Shown: piece by piece, positions 42,450 to 56,942 of the stretch
Numbering within the stretch: the first letter of the stretch is position 1
Layout: every line of letters begins with the position of its first letter
From: an uncultured Gammaproteobacteria bacterium
GTDB taxonomy: Bacteria > Pseudomonadota > Gammaproteobacteria > Steroidobacterales > Steroidobacteraceae
Direction of reading: 5' to 3'
Assembly (NCBI GenBank): GCA_963696675.1
Contig: CAVOLM010000030.1
Location: 2,675-66,674, forward strand
DNA length: 64,000 bases
Translations under genes and position numbers: made by a program
The notes under the pieces: generated by a model
What the model saw: the letters and a program-made list of their open reading frames with translations, nothing else
What the model was told of the DNA's origin: nothing
Database searches by the model: none

Positions 42450-44133
42450 CTAGCTCTGCGCCCGCGCGGCAGCCCGCTTCAGCATGTCGCGAGCGTGATC
42501 GCGAGCCTTCTGGGTGACCTCTACGCCACCCAGCATTCGCGCCAGCTCCTCGATCCGCTCCGGTCCGCGCAGCTCGTTGAGCGCGGTACGGGCGCTGCGT
42601 CCATCGGTGAGTTTCACCACCCGCACGTGGTGATCGGCCTGGCTCGCGACCTGCGGGAGATGCGTGACGCACAACACTTGCGTGCGTTCTCCCAGGAGAC
42701 CCAATTGACGGCCGACGATCTCCGCTACACCGCCGCCGACGCCGGCGTCGACTTCATCGAATACCAGGCACGGTGTCAGTGCCTTGCCGGCCGAGGCGAC
42801 CTGTACGGCGAGACTGATGCGTGACAGCTCCCCGCCCGAGGCAACCCGAGCCAGGGGTTTCAACGGCTGACCGGGATTGGCACTGACGGTGAACTCGACC
42901 TCATCGATGCCGTGCGATTGCGGTTCGCCCGAACTCATCGACAGCACTGCCTCGAAACGACCACCGGCCATGCCGAGGCTTTGCATGAGCTGCGTTACTT
43001 CGCGCGTCAATTTCGCGCCGGCCTTGCGACGCGCCGCCGACAAGGACTGTGCGACGCGATCGTACTCGGCGCGAGCTTCTGTGGCGTCGCGGGCGGCCGC
43101 TTCGACGGTGGAGGCGTGCGATTCGAGCGCATGCAATTCGGCGCTGAGGCGCTCTAACTGACCGGGCAGCTCTTCGGCGGGCAGCCGGTGCTTGCGCGCC
43201 AGCTCCTCGATCGTCGCGACACGCCGCTCCACCCATTCCTGCCGCTGGGGGTCGACATCCAGCGAATCGAGGTAGTGGCGTAACGTCGCGCTCGCTTCGC
43301 GAATCGAGATCGCGGCTTCCGCGAGCAACCGCTCGGCGGATTCGAGCTGTGCATCGAACGCGACGAGGCCACGCAGGATTCCCTGCGCGCGACTCACCGC
43401 AAGGTTTGCGTTGGCTGTCGTCAGCTTCATCGATCAGCTCGATCGCCTGCTGTGCGCCTTGCGCGAGCCGCCCGCTGTTCGCGTGCCGACGCTGCTCGGC
43501 CAGGAGCTCGGGAAGCTCCTGCACCGTGAGGGACAGCGCCTCGAGCTCGCGCACCTGGTAGTGCAGCAGTTCGAGTCGCGCGTCGCGATCCCGGCCGGCC
43601 GCCTCGAGTTCGGCCAGGCGGGCTCGCTGCTCCTGCCACCGATCGAATGCAGCGCTCACGGCGTCGACCAGCTCTTCGTGACGACCGTGCGCATCGACGA
43701 GCGAGCGCTGCGCGGGCCGGCGCACCAGGGCAAGAAATTCCTGTTGGCCGTGAATGTCGACGAGCAGCTCACCGAGTTCGCGCAAGGTTTGCAACGGCAC
43801 CGGCTGACCATTGATGAACGAGCGCGAGCGGCCGTCACGCGACAGTACGCGTCGCAGGATGCACTCGCCTTCGCCCTCGATGGCCTGTGCCTCGAGACGG
43901 CGTCCGAGCTTCGGGTACGCACGCAGGTCGAAAGTTGCCGAGATCTCAGCGCGCTCCGCTCCGTGGCGAATCGCATCGCTGCTTGCCCGCCCGCCGGCCG
44001 CGAGTGCGAGGGCATCGACCACGATTGACTTGCCGGCACCGGTCTCGCCGGTCAGAGCGGTCAAGCCCGATCCGAACTCGAGCTCGATCTCATCGATGAT
44101 CGCGAAATCGCGAATCCGCAGGTACGTGAGCAC
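42450..44133 (-). CDS. recN: DNA repair protein RecN; frame break near 43420
   Basis: LTYLRIRDFAIIDEIELEFGSGLTALTGETGAGKSI (Walker A) and C-terminal ASGGELSRISLA..LVFDEVDAGVGG. Two collinear ORFs. Confidence 0.9.
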
Positions 44134-44141
44134 GCGGCGCC

Positions 44142-45062
44142 TCAGCGCTCGGCTGGCGGGAGCTTGGCGGGCGGAGGGCGGTCGTATCCGCCACGACCCC
44201 AATGGAGCTTGGAGCGCAACAGGCGAAAGTAGTCGTATCCGGGCGGGTGGATCAGCGTGATCTGGTCAGGGGAGGCTGCCACCTGCAGGCGATCGCCAGG
44301 CTCGAGTCCTCCCAGCAAGGTGCCGTCGCACAACACCTGCGCACGCGTATCGGCGCGTACCATCAGGCGCAGCTCGATGGCCGCATCGGCCGGCACGACG
44401 ATGGGTCGATCGCTCAGCGTGTGTGGAGAAATGGGCACCAGGACGACGGCACCGAGCCGGGGCTGCACGATCGGACCGCCGCAGGAAAGCGCGTACGCTG
44501 TCGAGCCCGTCGCCGATGCCACGATCAGGCCGTCCGCACCGTGAGTATTCACGTACTGGCCGTCGATCCAGGTCTCGAAGTCGAGCATGCGGCCGGTTTC
44601 CCACTTCTGCATGACGACATCGTTGAGCGCGGTGAGCGTCGCCAGGACGCGACCGCCGCGGCTGAGGCGCGCCTCGAGCAGCGAGCGCCGATCCTCGGTG
44701 AAGTTGCCGGCGAGGACATCGTCGAGCCGGTCCAGCATGTCGTCTGGCGAGACATCGGTCATGAATCCGAGTCGTCCGCGATTTACGCCGAGCAGCGGGA
44801 CCTTGCGCCCGACGACCAGTCGCGAAGCGAAGAGCATGGTCCCATCGCCTCCAATGGCGATCAGGAGGTCCGCTTGATCGGCAAACGCCTGCGGATCGAG
44901 CCGTGTCACGCGAGTCGAACCAAAGTCGACCGTTCCGTTCTCATCGACGAGGACCTTGCCGCCGCGCTTGACCAGGTGGCCCGCGAGCGTATGCATGCTG
45001 TCGGCGACACGCGTATCGGTGTCCCGGCCCACGAGTGCAAACGACTGGAATGGCTTCGCCAT
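44142..45062 (-). CDS. nadK: NAD kinase
   Basis: IAIGGDGTML..GVNRGRLGFMTD..GLIVASATGSTAYALSCGGPI. Confidence 0.9.
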   Translation of the reverse strand: MAKPFQSFALVGRDTDTRVADSMHTLAGHLVKRGGKVLVDENGTVDFGSTRVTRLDPQAFADQADLLIAIGGDGTMLFASRLVVGRKVPLLGVNRGRLGFMTDVSPDDMLDRLDDVLAGNFTEDRRSLLEARLSRGGRVLATLTALNDVVMQKWETGRMLDFETWIDGQYVNTHGADGLIVASATGSTAYALSCGGPIVQPRLGAVVLVPISPHTLSDRPIVVPADAAIELRLMVRADTRAQVLCDGTLLGGLEPGDRLQVAASPDQITLIHPPGYDYFRLLRSKLHWGRGGYDRPPPAKLPPAER

Positions 45063-45204
45063 CGGATTTTCGCGGCCTTTTACCATGTCGATCCCAACCG
45101 GGCCATGCGGGCTTTCACCCGGATTTGCGCAGCTTGACTTCGCCGAACGCGCGCTGTTAGTTAGCGGCACGCGCCATGATCAGGGTCTTTGCTGAATATA
45201 CAGA

Positions 45205-46275
45205 GTGTTGACGTCCATGCCGACAGATGCCGCCGACGATCTTTTGAATGAGCGGGCACAGCACCTGCTCAGGATCCTGATCGAGAGCTACATCCGTGAC
45301 GGTCAGCCCGTCGGCTCGCGCACTCTGTCGCGTGAGTCGGGCCTGAATCTCAGCTCAGCGACCATCCGCAACGTGATGGCGGATCTGGAAGGACTCGGGT
45401 TCGTGACTTCTCCGCATACCTCGGCGGGGCGCATCCCGACTGACAAGGGATATCGGCTGTTCGTGGACTCACTCCTGAAGCTCAAGCCTCTCGATGAGCC
45501 CGAAGTTGCCGACCTGCAGCGGCGCCTGGAAGAACACAGCGACGAGCCGAAAGCGCTGGTGGCCGTTGCTTCACAGGTGCTCTCGACGATCACGCACCTG
45601 GCGGGAGTTGTGACACTTCCGCGTCAATCGCAGGCGGCGGTGAGCCAGATCGAGTTCGTGGGGCTGTCGGATAACCGGGTGCTCACGATACTGGTGGTCG
45701 GGGGACGCGAGGTGCAGAACCGCATCCTGCACCTGGAGCGGCATTACTCACCGGATGAGTTGCGGCGCGCCGCCAACTACCTCAACGAGCAGGTTCGCGG
45801 TCGCAGCTTGAGTGAAGTCCGGGCTGAGATCCTGGCGCAACTGCACGAGACGCGGCAGAACCTCAATCAATTGATGCTGGACGCGATCCAGCTTGCGCAG
45901 CAGATGGTCGATTCGGGAGAGCGTGCCGCGGCAGGCTATGTCATCGCCGGTGAAACCAACCTGATGGGTTTTGCCGAGCTCTCGAACGTCGAAAAGCTGC
46001 GTCGCCTGTTCGAGGCGTTCAACGAGAAGCGCGACATTCTGCACTTGCTCGATCACAGCCTGCGGGCCGAGGGTGTGCAGATCTTCATCGGCCAGGAGTC
46101 CGGGTACACCATCCTGGATGACTGCAGCGTGGTCACGGCCCCCTACACGCTCGACAACGAGATCGTGGGCGTCCTCGGGGTCATCGGACCGACGCGCATG
46201 GCCTATGAACGGGTCATTCCGATCGTCGACATCACGGCGCGGCTGCTTGGAACTGCCTTGAATTCACGCCGCTGA
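45205..46275 (+). CDS. hrcA: Heat-inducible transcription repressor HrcA
   Basis: LNERAQHLLRILIESYIRDGQPVGSRTLS..SSATIRNVMADLEGLGFV..HTSAGRIPTDKGYR. The start may instead be the ATG at 45217. Confidence 0.9.
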   Translation: MLTSMPTDAADDLLNERAQHLLRILIESYIRDGQPVGSRTLSRESGLNLSSATIRNVMADLEGLGFVTSPHTSAGRIPTDKGYRLFVDSLLKLKPLDEPEVADLQRRLEEHSDEPKALVAVASQVLSTITHLAGVVTLPRQSQAAVSQIEFVGLSDNRVLTILVVGGREVQNRILHLERHYSPDELRRAANYLNEQVRGRSLSEVRAEILAQLHETRQNLNQLMLDAIQLAQQMVDSGERAAAGYVIAGETNLMGFAELSNVEKLRRLFEAFNEKRDILHLLDHSLRAEGVQIFIGQESGYTILDDCSVVTAPYTLDNEIVGVLGVIGPTRMAYERVIPIVDITARLLGTALNSRR

Positions 46276-46349
46276 TCCCGATTACCGGCGGGCGGCTGGT
46301 ATCCTTACCGGCCGCTATTCCCGTACCCGCCTCAGTCAGGAGAGTTCCG

Positions 46350-48998
<2,649 letters not shown>

Positions 48999-49025
48999 GA
49001 GTTCAGTGCGGTTCTTGGGATGGAT

Positions 49026-49060
49026 GGCCGCCGCGGGGTCGTAAAGGTCCCGCGGCGGTC
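49026..49060 (+). terminator. GC-rich intercistronic hairpin between dnaK and dnaJ
   Basis: ccgccgcggg (49028-49037) pairs with cccgcggcgg (49049-49058), extendable to 12 bp, with an 11-nt loop. No U-tract, so it is more likely an mRNA-processing or partial-attenuation element than a full terminator. Confidence 0.45.
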
Positions 49061-49085
49061 GCATGTTTGAAGGTTCTGCGGCGTA

Positions 49086-50213
49086 ATGTCGAAACGCGAC
49101 TACTACAAAGTGCTCGAACTGGCGCGCAACGCCACCGAAGCCGAGATCAAGAAGGCGTACCGGCGGCTCGCGATGAAATTTCATCCCGACCGCAATCCCC
49201 ACGACACGGAAGCCGAGGAGAAATTCAAGGAAGCCAAGGAGGCCTACGAAGTTCTGACCGATGCGCAGAAGCGCGCGGCATACGACCAGTTCGGTCACGC
49301 CGGGGTCGATGCGAGCCGCGGCGGCGCGGGGTTCAGTGCCGCTGATGCGTTCGGCGACATCTTCGGCGATGTGTTCGGCGATATCTTCGGCGGCGGCCGG
49401 CGCAGCCGCTCGCAGGTGTTCCGAGGTGCCGACCTGCGCTACGGCATGGAGCTCGAACTCGATCAGGCCGTGTTTGGCGACAGCGTCGACATCGAGTTCC
49501 AGACACTCGCCGAGTGCGAGGTGTGTAGCGGCAGCGGAGCAGCGAAGGGCTCAAGCCCGGTCACCTGCGAAACCTGCAGCGGGCAAGGGAGCGTGCGCGT
49601 CAGCCAGGGATTTTTCAGCGTTCAGCAGACCTGCCCGCGCTGCAAAGGCCGGGGGCAGATCATTCAGAAGCCCTGCGACAACTGCCACGGCCAGGGCCGC
49701 ATTCGCCGCCCCAAAACGCTGACGGTCAAGGTCCCACCGGGTGTCGACACCGGCGATCGCATCCGCCTCGCGGGCGAAGGAGAAGCCGGGCGTAACGGCG
49801 GGCCGACCGGTGATCTGTACGTCGAGATCCAGGTCCGCGAGCATCCGATCTTCGAGCGCGATGGCAGTCACCTGTCATGCGAAGTTCCGATCAGCTTCGC
49901 GACCGCCGTTCTCGGTGGCCAGGTCGACGTGCCGACCCTGGATGGACACGTGACGCTCAAGGTTCCGACGGAGACGCAATCCGGGCGCGTGTTTCGCCTG
50001 CGTGAGAAAGGCGTGCGCCCGGTGCGCGGCGGTCCGGTCGGAGACCTGTTCTGTCGCGTGGTGGTCGAGACGCCCGTCAATCTGGCCTCCGAGCAGAAGG
50101 AGCTGCTGCGTAAGCTCGATGAGTCCCTGCGCGGCGATCACAAGCGACACAATCCGCGCGAGCAGGGCTGGCTCGAGGGCGTCAAGAAATTCTTCGAGAA
50201 CATCGGCCGATGA
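49086..50213 (+). CDS. dnaJ: Co-chaperone DnaJ
   Basis: J-domain [22 protein letters not shown], a G/F region and four CxxCxGxG zinc-finger repeats. Confidence 0.95.
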   Translation: MSKRDYYKVLELARNATEAEIKKAYRRLAMKFHPDRNPHDTEAEEKFKEAKEAYEVLTDAQKRAAYDQFGHAGVDASRGGAGFSAADAFGDIFGDVFGDIFGGGRRSRSQVFRGADLRYGMELELDQAVFGDSVDIEFQTLAECEVCSGSGAAKGSSPVTCETCSGQGSVRVSQGFFSVQQTCPRCKGRGQIIQKPCDNCHGQGRIRRPKTLTVKVPPGVDTGDRIRLAGEGEAGRNGGPTGDLYVEIQVREHPIFERDGSHLSCEVPISFATAVLGGQVDVPTLDGHVTLKVPTETQSGRVFRLREKGVRPVRGGPVGDLFCRVVVETPVNLASEQKELLRKLDESLRGDHKRHNPREQGWLEGVKKFFENIGR

Positions 50214-51001
50214 CGAGGAGCGTCGCGCTGTTCGGAGTGAGCGGTCGGATGGGCCGTGCACTGCTGGAGGCGATGCGCGACGAACCTGACCTCAAGCTGA
50301 GCGGAGCACTGGCCTCTCCGGCGAGCAAGCATCTCGGCAGTGATGCCGGTGAACTCTACGGCGGTCGATCGCTCGGGGTCATCGTGACGTCCGATCGAGA
50401 GCGGGCCATGGTTGGCGCCGAGGTCGTGATCGACTTTACGCTCGCGAACTCGGTTCCCGACACCTTGCGTGCATGCACGGCCCATCGTTGCCCGCTGGTG
50501 TTGGGTACGACCGGCCTGTCGCCGGACGCCTTGGCGCAACTGCGCGCAAGCGCGGCGACGATCCCGATCCTCTATTCGCCCAACATGAGCATCGGCGTCA
50601 ACGTGATGATCAACCTGGCACGAGCGGCGGCGCGCACGCTTGGGTCGAGTTTCGAAGTCGACATTCTCGACATTCATCACCGGAACAAGATCGATGCACC
50701 TTCCGGCACCGCGCTCAAACTCGGCGAAAGCGTCGCATCCGCTCGAGGACAGGAATTGGCCAAGGTTGCGCTCAAGGAAGGAGAGGCGAAGTCGCGTAGC
50801 AGCGGCCAGATCGTGTTCACCTCGGTGCGCGAGGGCGACCAGGTGGGTGAGCACCGCGTCAGCTTCGAGGGTCCTGGCGAGTCTTTGATCCTGACGCACC
50901 GCGCCACCGACCGAGTGATCTACGCGCGCGGAGCGTTGCGAGCTGCGAACTGGTTGGTTGGAAAGCCGCCCGGTCTCTATTCCATGGCAGATATACTTTG
51001 A
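50210..51001 (+). CDS. dapB: 4-hydroxy-tetrahydrodipicolinate reductase
   Basis: [40 protein letters not shown]. Confidence 0.9.
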   Translation: MTRSVALFGVSGRMGRALLEAMRDEPDLKLSGALASPASKHLGSDAGELYGGRSLGVIVTSDRERAMVGAEVVIDFTLANSVPDTLRACTAHRCPLVLGTTGLSPDALAQLRASAATIPILYSPNMSIGVNVMINLARAAARTLGSSFEVDILDIHHRNKIDAPSGTALKLGESVASARGQELAKVALKEGEAKSRSSGQIVFTSVREGDQVGEHRVSFEGPGESLILTHRATDRVIYARGALRAANWLVGKPPGLYSMADIL

Positions 51002-51146
51002 TAAATCAGAGAGATATCAGTATCTCTTGAGAACTTCAGATAGCTGTGGACAATTGACGTTCCCAGGGAGACTGAGGGGCGTAGTGGCGTGGACAGTGAT
51101 GGGTCGAGTTCGTAAAATTCGCGCCGTTGCCAATAGGGTAGTCTGT

Positions 51147-51188
51147 CAAAGCGGGACGGAGTTCTGATGAAGAGCTCCTCCCGCTTTG
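51147..51188 (+). promoter_or_regulatory. Hairpin in the carA leader (function unknown)
   Basis: caaagcgggacggag (51147-51161) pairs with ctcctcccgctttg (51175-51188), about 14 bp with one bulge. It ends 50 nt before the carA start and lacks a proper U-tract. Confidence 0.3.
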
Positions 51189-51237
51189 TACATGCGCACC
51201 CCGATTTCTGCGCGTTGCGGGCGAAGGGGACAACTGG

Positions 51238-52422
51238 TTGACCGTTCCTGCTGTGTTGGCCTTGGAAGACGGAAGCGTCTTTCGAGGCGTTTCGATTGGC
51301 GCCAAGGGAAATACCACCGGCGAAGTTGTCTTCAATACCTCGATCAGCGGCTATCAGGAAATCCTCACCGATCCGTCCTACTGCCGGCAGATCGTCACTC
51401 TCACCCACCCGCACATTGGCAACGTGGGTGCCAACCCCGAGGACCTGGAGTCGGCCGCGATCTACGCCGCGGGACTCGTCGTGCGCGACCTGCCGCTCCT
51501 GGCGAGCAGTTGGCGTTGCGCTGAATCGCTCGCGAGTTTTCTTCAGCGCGGCAAGCTCGTCGCCATCGCCGAGATCGATACGCGCCGGCTCACGCGCATC
51601 CTGCGCGACAAGGGTGCGCAGGCTGGTTGCATCATGACCGGCGACATGATCGATGAGAGCGCCGCAGTGCGTGCGGCGAGCAAGTTCCCGGGACTGAAGG
51701 GCATGGATCTCGCCAAGGTCGTGACCACGCGTCGCCAATATCAATGGAACGAGGGCAGCATCTGGAGCGCCGAGGAGCGCAACCTGCCGCGTCCGGCCGC
51801 TCGTTTGCACGTAGTGACGTATGACTTCGGCGTCAAGCGCAACATCCTGCGCCTGCTCGCCGACTACGGGTGTCGAATGACAGTCGTGCCCGCGACCACG
51901 TCCGCAGAGCAGGCGCTTGCTCTGAATCCCGACGGGATTCTGCTCTCCAACGGGCCCGGTGATCCGGAACCGTGCGACTACGCGATACGCGCCATCCAGG
52001 AACTCATGGAGAGCGGCGTCCCGGTGTTCGGCATTTGCCTGGGGCACCAGCTGCTCGGTCTCGCGAGCGGCGCACGTACCGTGAAGATGAAGTTCGGTCA
52101 TCACGGCGCGAACCATCCGGTCCAGGATCTCGCCAGCGGCAGGGTTTTCATCTCCACTCAGAACCACGGCTTCGCGGTGGACGAGAGCACGCTGCCCGAG
52201 AACACCAAAGCGACGCATCGCTCGCTGTTCGATGGTTCGCTTCAAGGGCTGGAGCGCATCGACAAGCCAGCCTTTGGTTTTCAGGGACATCCCGAGGCGA
52301 GCCCGGGTCCGCACGACATGCAGCCCATGTTCGAGCAGTTCCTTTACCTCATGGTCAAGCGCTTGCAGAGCATCCAGCGCGCCCAGAAGGGGCAGCAGGG
52401 CAAGCGCCGCGCCGCCGAGTAG
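51238..52422 (+). CDS. carA: Carbamoyl-phosphate synthase small (glutaminase) subunit
   Basis: [53 protein letters not shown] start per the ORF track. Confidence 0.95.
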   Translation: MTVPAVLALEDGSVFRGVSIGAKGNTTGEVVFNTSISGYQEILTDPSYCRQIVTLTHPHIGNVGANPEDLESAAIYAAGLVVRDLPLLASSWRCAESLASFLQRGKLVAIAEIDTRRLTRILRDKGAQAGCIMTGDMIDESAAVRAASKFPGLKGMDLAKVVTTRRQYQWNEGSIWSAEERNLPRPAARLHVVTYDFGVKRNILRLLADYGCRMTVVPATTSAEQALALNPDGILLSNGPGDPEPCDYAIRAIQELMESGVPVFGICLGHQLLGLASGARTVKMKFGHHGANHPVQDLASGRVFISTQNHGFAVDESTLPENTKATHRSLFDGSLQGLERIDKPAFGFQGHPEASPGPHDMQPMFEQFLYLMVKRLQSIQRAQKGQQGKRRAAE

Positions 52423-52519
52423 GAGCAACAGGTGTACGAGGATCGCAATCCTTCACGACGTGAAGGTGGACTGCTTGTGTCCGGGCCTCAATTCGTGACC
52501 TCTCTTCGATAGAGACAGC

Positions 52520-55500
52520 ATGCCGAAGCGCACAGACATCAAGAGCATCCTGATCATCGGTGCCGGTCCCATCGTGATCGGCCAGGCGTGCGAGTTCGAC
52601 TATTCGGGCGCGCAAGCGTGCAAAGCGCTACGCGAGGAGGGCTATCGGGTCATCCTCGTCAATTCCAATCCCGCTACGATCATGACCGACCCCGAGATGG
52701 CGGATGCGATCTACATCGAGCCGGTCAACTGGCGCACGGTCGCACGCATCATCGAGAAGGAAACTCCGGATGCGTTGCTTCCGACGATGGGCGGGCAGAC
52801 TGCGCTCAATTGCGCCCTCGACCTGGCGCGTGAAGGCGTGCTGGAAAAGTGGGGCGTGGAGCTGATCGCCGCCTCCCGCGAAGCAATCGACATGGCCGAG
52901 GATCGCGAGCTGTTTCGCGATGCGATGCGCGAGATCGGTCTCGAGGTACCCCGCGCGCGCATTGCGCACAGCATGGAGGAAGCGATCGCGGTGCAGGCCG
53001 AGATCGGCTATCCGACCGTGATTCGACCGTCCTTCACGCTGGGCGGAAGCGGCGGCGGCATCGCCTACAACCGCGAGGAATTCGAGCAGATCGTGGCGCG
53101 CGGCCTCGATGCTTCGCCGACCAACGAAGTGCTGCTCGAGGAATCGGTCACCGGCTGGAAAGAGTTCGAGCTCGAAGTGGTGCGCGACCACCAGGACAAC
53201 TGCATCGTCGTGTGCTCGATCGAGAATCTCGATCCAATGGGCGTGCATACCGGCGATTCGATCACCGTCGCGCCGGCGCAGACGCTGACCGACAAGGAAT
53301 ACCAGCGCATGCGTAACGCGGCGATCGCGGTGTTGCGCAAGATCGGCGTCGATACCGGCGGGTCCAATGTGCAGTTCGCGATCAATCCCGGAGGATGGCC
53401 GGCTCCTCGTGATCGAAATGAACCCACGAGTATCGCGTTCGTCGGCGCTGGCTTCGAAGGCCACCGGCTTTCCGATCGCGAAAGTGGCCGCCAAGCTTGC
53501 CGTCGGGTACACGCTCGATGAGCTCAGGAACGAAATCACCGGTGGCGCCACGCCCGCGTCGTTCGAGCCCACGATCGACTACATCGTCACCAAGATTCCA
53601 CGGTTCACGTTCGAGAAATTCCCCGGCTCCAATCGACGCCTGACGACGCAGATGAAGTCTGTGGGCGAGGCAATGGCCATCGGGCGCACTTTCCAGGAAT
53701 CGCTCCAGAAGGCGTTGCGAAGCCTGGAGACCGGCTGGGACGGCCTCGATCCGCAACTGACTCTGCCGCTGAGTGATGAATCGGCCGGCGTGCTGGCGCA
53801 GGAGCTGGCATCGCCCGGCCCGGACCGAATGCTGTTTGTTGCGGATGCATTCCGCGCGGGCTGGTCGCTCGATAAGGTGCACGGACTCACGCGTGTCGAT
53901 CCCTGGTTTCTCCGCCAGATCCAGGACCTGGTCGAAGAAGAAGGCAAAGTTCAATCCGGTGGGCTGGAATCACTCGAGGTGAAGCGCCTGCGGACGCTCA
54001 AGCGCAAAGGATTTTCGGACCGGCGCCTGGCGCACCTGCTCGGCATCGAGGAAGCCGCGATCCGCAAGCGCCGCCACAAGTTTGCGCTGCACCCGGTGTA
54101 CAAGCGGGTCGACACTTGCGCGGCCGAATTCGCCACGTCCACGGCCTACATGTATTCGACCTATGAAGAGGAGTGCGAGGCGAATCCGAGCGAGCGTCGC
54201 AAGATCATGATCCTCGGCGGTGGTCCGAATCGCATCGGACAGGGCATCGAGTTCGATTATTGCTGCGTGCATGCCGCGCTCGCGCTGCGCGAAGACGGCT
54301 ACGAGACCATCATGGTCAACTGCAATCCGGAGACCGTGTCCACCGACTACGACACTTCGGATCGGCTGTATTTCGAGCCGCTGACGTTCGAAGACGTCAT
54401 GGAAATCATCGCCAAGGAAAAGCCCGAAGGCGTGATTGTCCAATACGGCGGTCAGACGCCACTCAAGCTATCGCGCGCGTTGGCCGCGGCGGGCGCGCCG
54501 ATCATCGGCACGACGCCTGACTCAATCGATATCGCCGAGGATCGCGAACGCTTTCAGCAGCTGGTAAAGACCCTGGGACTCAAGCAGCCAGCGAATGCCA
54601 GTGCCCGCACCGAGGAGCAGGCAGTGATCCTGGCACGCGAAGTGGGCTTCCCCCTGGTGGTGCGTCCCTCATATGTGCTGGGCGGGCGTGCCATGGAAGT
54701 CGTGTTCAACGAAGAAGATCTGCGCGTCTACATGACCGACGCAGTGAAAGTCTCCAATGACAGCCCGGTGTTGCTCGATCGCTTCCTGGACCTCGCCATC
54801 GAGGTGGACGTGGACGCGATCTGCGACGGCGAGGAGGTCCTGATCGGCGGCATCATGGAGCATATCGAGCAGGCGGGCGTTCATTCGGGCGATTCGGGCT
54901 GTTCCTTGCCCCCGAACGGCCTGAGCGCAGAGGTCCAGGTCGAGCTGAAGGAGCAGACCCAGAAGCTGGCCAAGGCGCTCAACGTCGTCGGCCTGATGAA
55001 CGTTCAGTTTGCAATCCAGAGCGGTGTCATCTACATCCTCGAGGTGAATCCGCGCGCCTCGCGAACCGTGCCGTTTGTCTCCAAGGCAACGGGAGTGCCG
55101 CTCGCCAAGGTTGCCGCGCGCGTGATGACGGGCCGCAAGCTCAGGGAGCTCGGCGTCTCGGAGATCAAGACACCGGGCTATTTCTCGGTCAAGGAAGCTG
55201 TGTTCCCGTTCTCCAAGTTCCCTGAAGCCGACCCGATCCTTGGACCGGAAATGAAGTCCACCGGCGAAGTGATGGGCACCGGCCGCACCTTTGGCGAGGC
55301 GTACGCAAAGGCTCAGGCTGCCTCGGGCGTGGTGCTGCCGACGCGCGGAACCTGCCTCATCAGCGTGCGCGATCGCGACAAGCCCGGCGCCATCGAGCTG
55401 GCGCAGCTGCTGATCGCGCGGGGATTCGAGATCATCGCGACCGACGGCACGGAGAAGGCACTGAGCGCGGCGGGCATTGCCTGTCGGCGCGTGAACAAGG

Positions 55501-55745
55501 TACGCGAGGGCAGGCCGCACATCGTGGACATGATCAAGAACGACGAGATCAACCTGATCGTGAACACCACCGAAGGCAAGCAAGCGATCCGCGAGTCGCG
55601 GTCGATCCGGCGCGAGGCCGTGCATCGGAAGGTCACCTACTACACGACCGTCGCGGCGGCGCGCGCCACGTGCGATGCGCTCGATCACCTGAACGAGGTG
55701 GAGGTGAACCGGTTGCAGGATCTGCACGAGGAGCGCGTGGCGTGA
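52520..55745 (+). CDS. carB: Carbamoyl-phosphate synthase large subunit; frame break at 53390-53391
   Basis: [33 protein letters not shown]. The expected ..[37 protein letters not shown].. is broken by cccGGagg where one G restores the frame. Collinear to the MGS-like domain. Confidence 0.95.
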
Positions 55746-56218
55746 AGCGGGCACCCATCACCTCGCAGGGCGCCGAACGGTTGCGCGCCGAGCTCAAGCG
55801 GCTCAAGTCCGAGGATCGCCCCAACATCATCAAGGCGATCGCCGAGGCTCGTTCCCATGGAGATCTGAGCGAGAACGCTGAATACCACGCCGCGCGCGAG
55901 CAGCAGAGCTTCATCGAGGGACGCATCAACGAGATCGAGACCCGGCTCGCGAACGCTGAGGTGATCGACGTGACGAAGTTGCCAGCCAACCAGCGGATCG
56001 TGTTTGGCGCAACCGTGGACCTGGAGGACCAGGAAGACGGCGGACGAATTGCGTACCAGATCGTCGGCGAGGATGAGGCGGACATCCGCCGCGGGCTCGT
56101 CTCGGTGACGTCGCCGATTGCCCGCGCACTTGTCGGCAAGAACCAGGGTGATGTCGTCGAGGTTGCGGCGCCCGCGGGCCTGCGCACATACGAGATCATC
56201 GCCGTCCGCTACCAATAG
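55742..56218 (+). CDS. greA: Transcription elongation factor GreA
   Basis: [41 protein letters not shown]. The GTG start overlaps the carB stop (GTGA). Confidence 0.95.
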   Translation: MKRAPITSQGAERLRAELKRLKSEDRPNIIKAIAEARSHGDLSENAEYHAAREQQSFIEGRINEIETRLANAEVIDVTKLPANQRIVFGATVDLEDQEDGGRIAYQIVGEDEADIRRGLVSVTSPIARALVGKNQGDVVEVAAPAGLRTYEIIAVRYQ

Positions 56219-56233
56219 GTCCGGCAACGGGCC

Positions 56234-56857
56234 ATGAAGCGCAGCAAGAGCAGCAGTCGCTGGTTGCAGGAACACGCCAGCGACCCCTACGTGAAGCGCG
56301 CCCATCGCGAGGGCTGGCGTTCGCGGGCCGTCTTCAAGCTCGAGCAGATCCAGCGCGCGGAGAAGCTGCTGCGCCCCGGGATGGTCATCGTCGACCTGGG
56401 TGCCGCGCCGGGCGGGTGGAGTCAGTTTGCGGCGCGTGCCCTGCAGGGACGCGGCGAGATCTTCGCGGTCGATATCCTCGCGATGCCTCACATTCCCGGC
56501 GTCACGTTCATCGAGGGTGACTTTCAGGATCAGGCGCTCCTCGACCGGCTGCTGGCGGCGCTCGGCGGGCGCCCGGTCGACCTTGTAATGTCCGACCTGG
56601 CCCCAAACATGAGCGGCATCGATGCAGTCGATCAGCCCCGCTCAATGAATCTCGCCGAGCTCGCCCTGGAGTTCTCGACCCAGGTTCTCAAGCCCGGTGG
56701 CGATCTGCTGCTGAAGGTTTTTCAGGGTGCCGGCTTCCAGGAATTGGTGCAGGCCGCACGCCGGCATTTCACCAAAGTGAAGCTGCGCAAACCCGATGCC
56801 TCACGTGCGCGCAGCGCCGAGATGTACCTGCTGGCGAGGAGCCGGCGGATGGTGTAG
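56234..56857 (+). CDS. rlmE: 23S rRNA U2552 2'-O-methyltransferase
   Basis: SSRWLQEHASDPYVKRA..YRSRA.FKL..VDLGAAPGGWSQ..VMSDLAPNMSG. Confidence 0.9.
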   Translation: MKRSKSSSRWLQEHASDPYVKRAHREGWRSRAVFKLEQIQRAEKLLRPGMVIVDLGAAPGGWSQFAARALQGRGEIFAVDILAMPHIPGVTFIEGDFQDQALLDRLLAALGGRPVDLVMSDLAPNMSGIDAVDQPRSMNLAELALEFSTQVLKPGGDLLLKVFQGAGFQELVQAARRHFTKVKLRKPDASRARSAEMYLLARSRRMV

Positions 56858-56942
56858 GTTCTTCGAACGCCTGCCGAATCCACTGGTCGAATCTTTGCGA
56901 ATTTTCCAGGTAATTCTGGCGCTTTATGTCGAGGACTGACTC

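Noticed and set aside
45192-45203. LexA/SOS box upstream of nadK-recN
   Set aside because: CTGAATATACAG is CTG-N6-CAG (12 nt), not the gammaproteobacterial CTGT-N8-ACAG 16-mer. No better candidate was seen in the 8-nt nadK-recN gap or in the nadK 3' end.
45063-45204. CIRCE operator or sigma-32 promoter upstream of hrcA
   Set aside because: CTTGACT is present but no CCCCAT-type -10 follows at the right spacing. TTAGTTAGC does not extend to the TTAGCACTC-N9-GAGTGCTAA inverted repeat.
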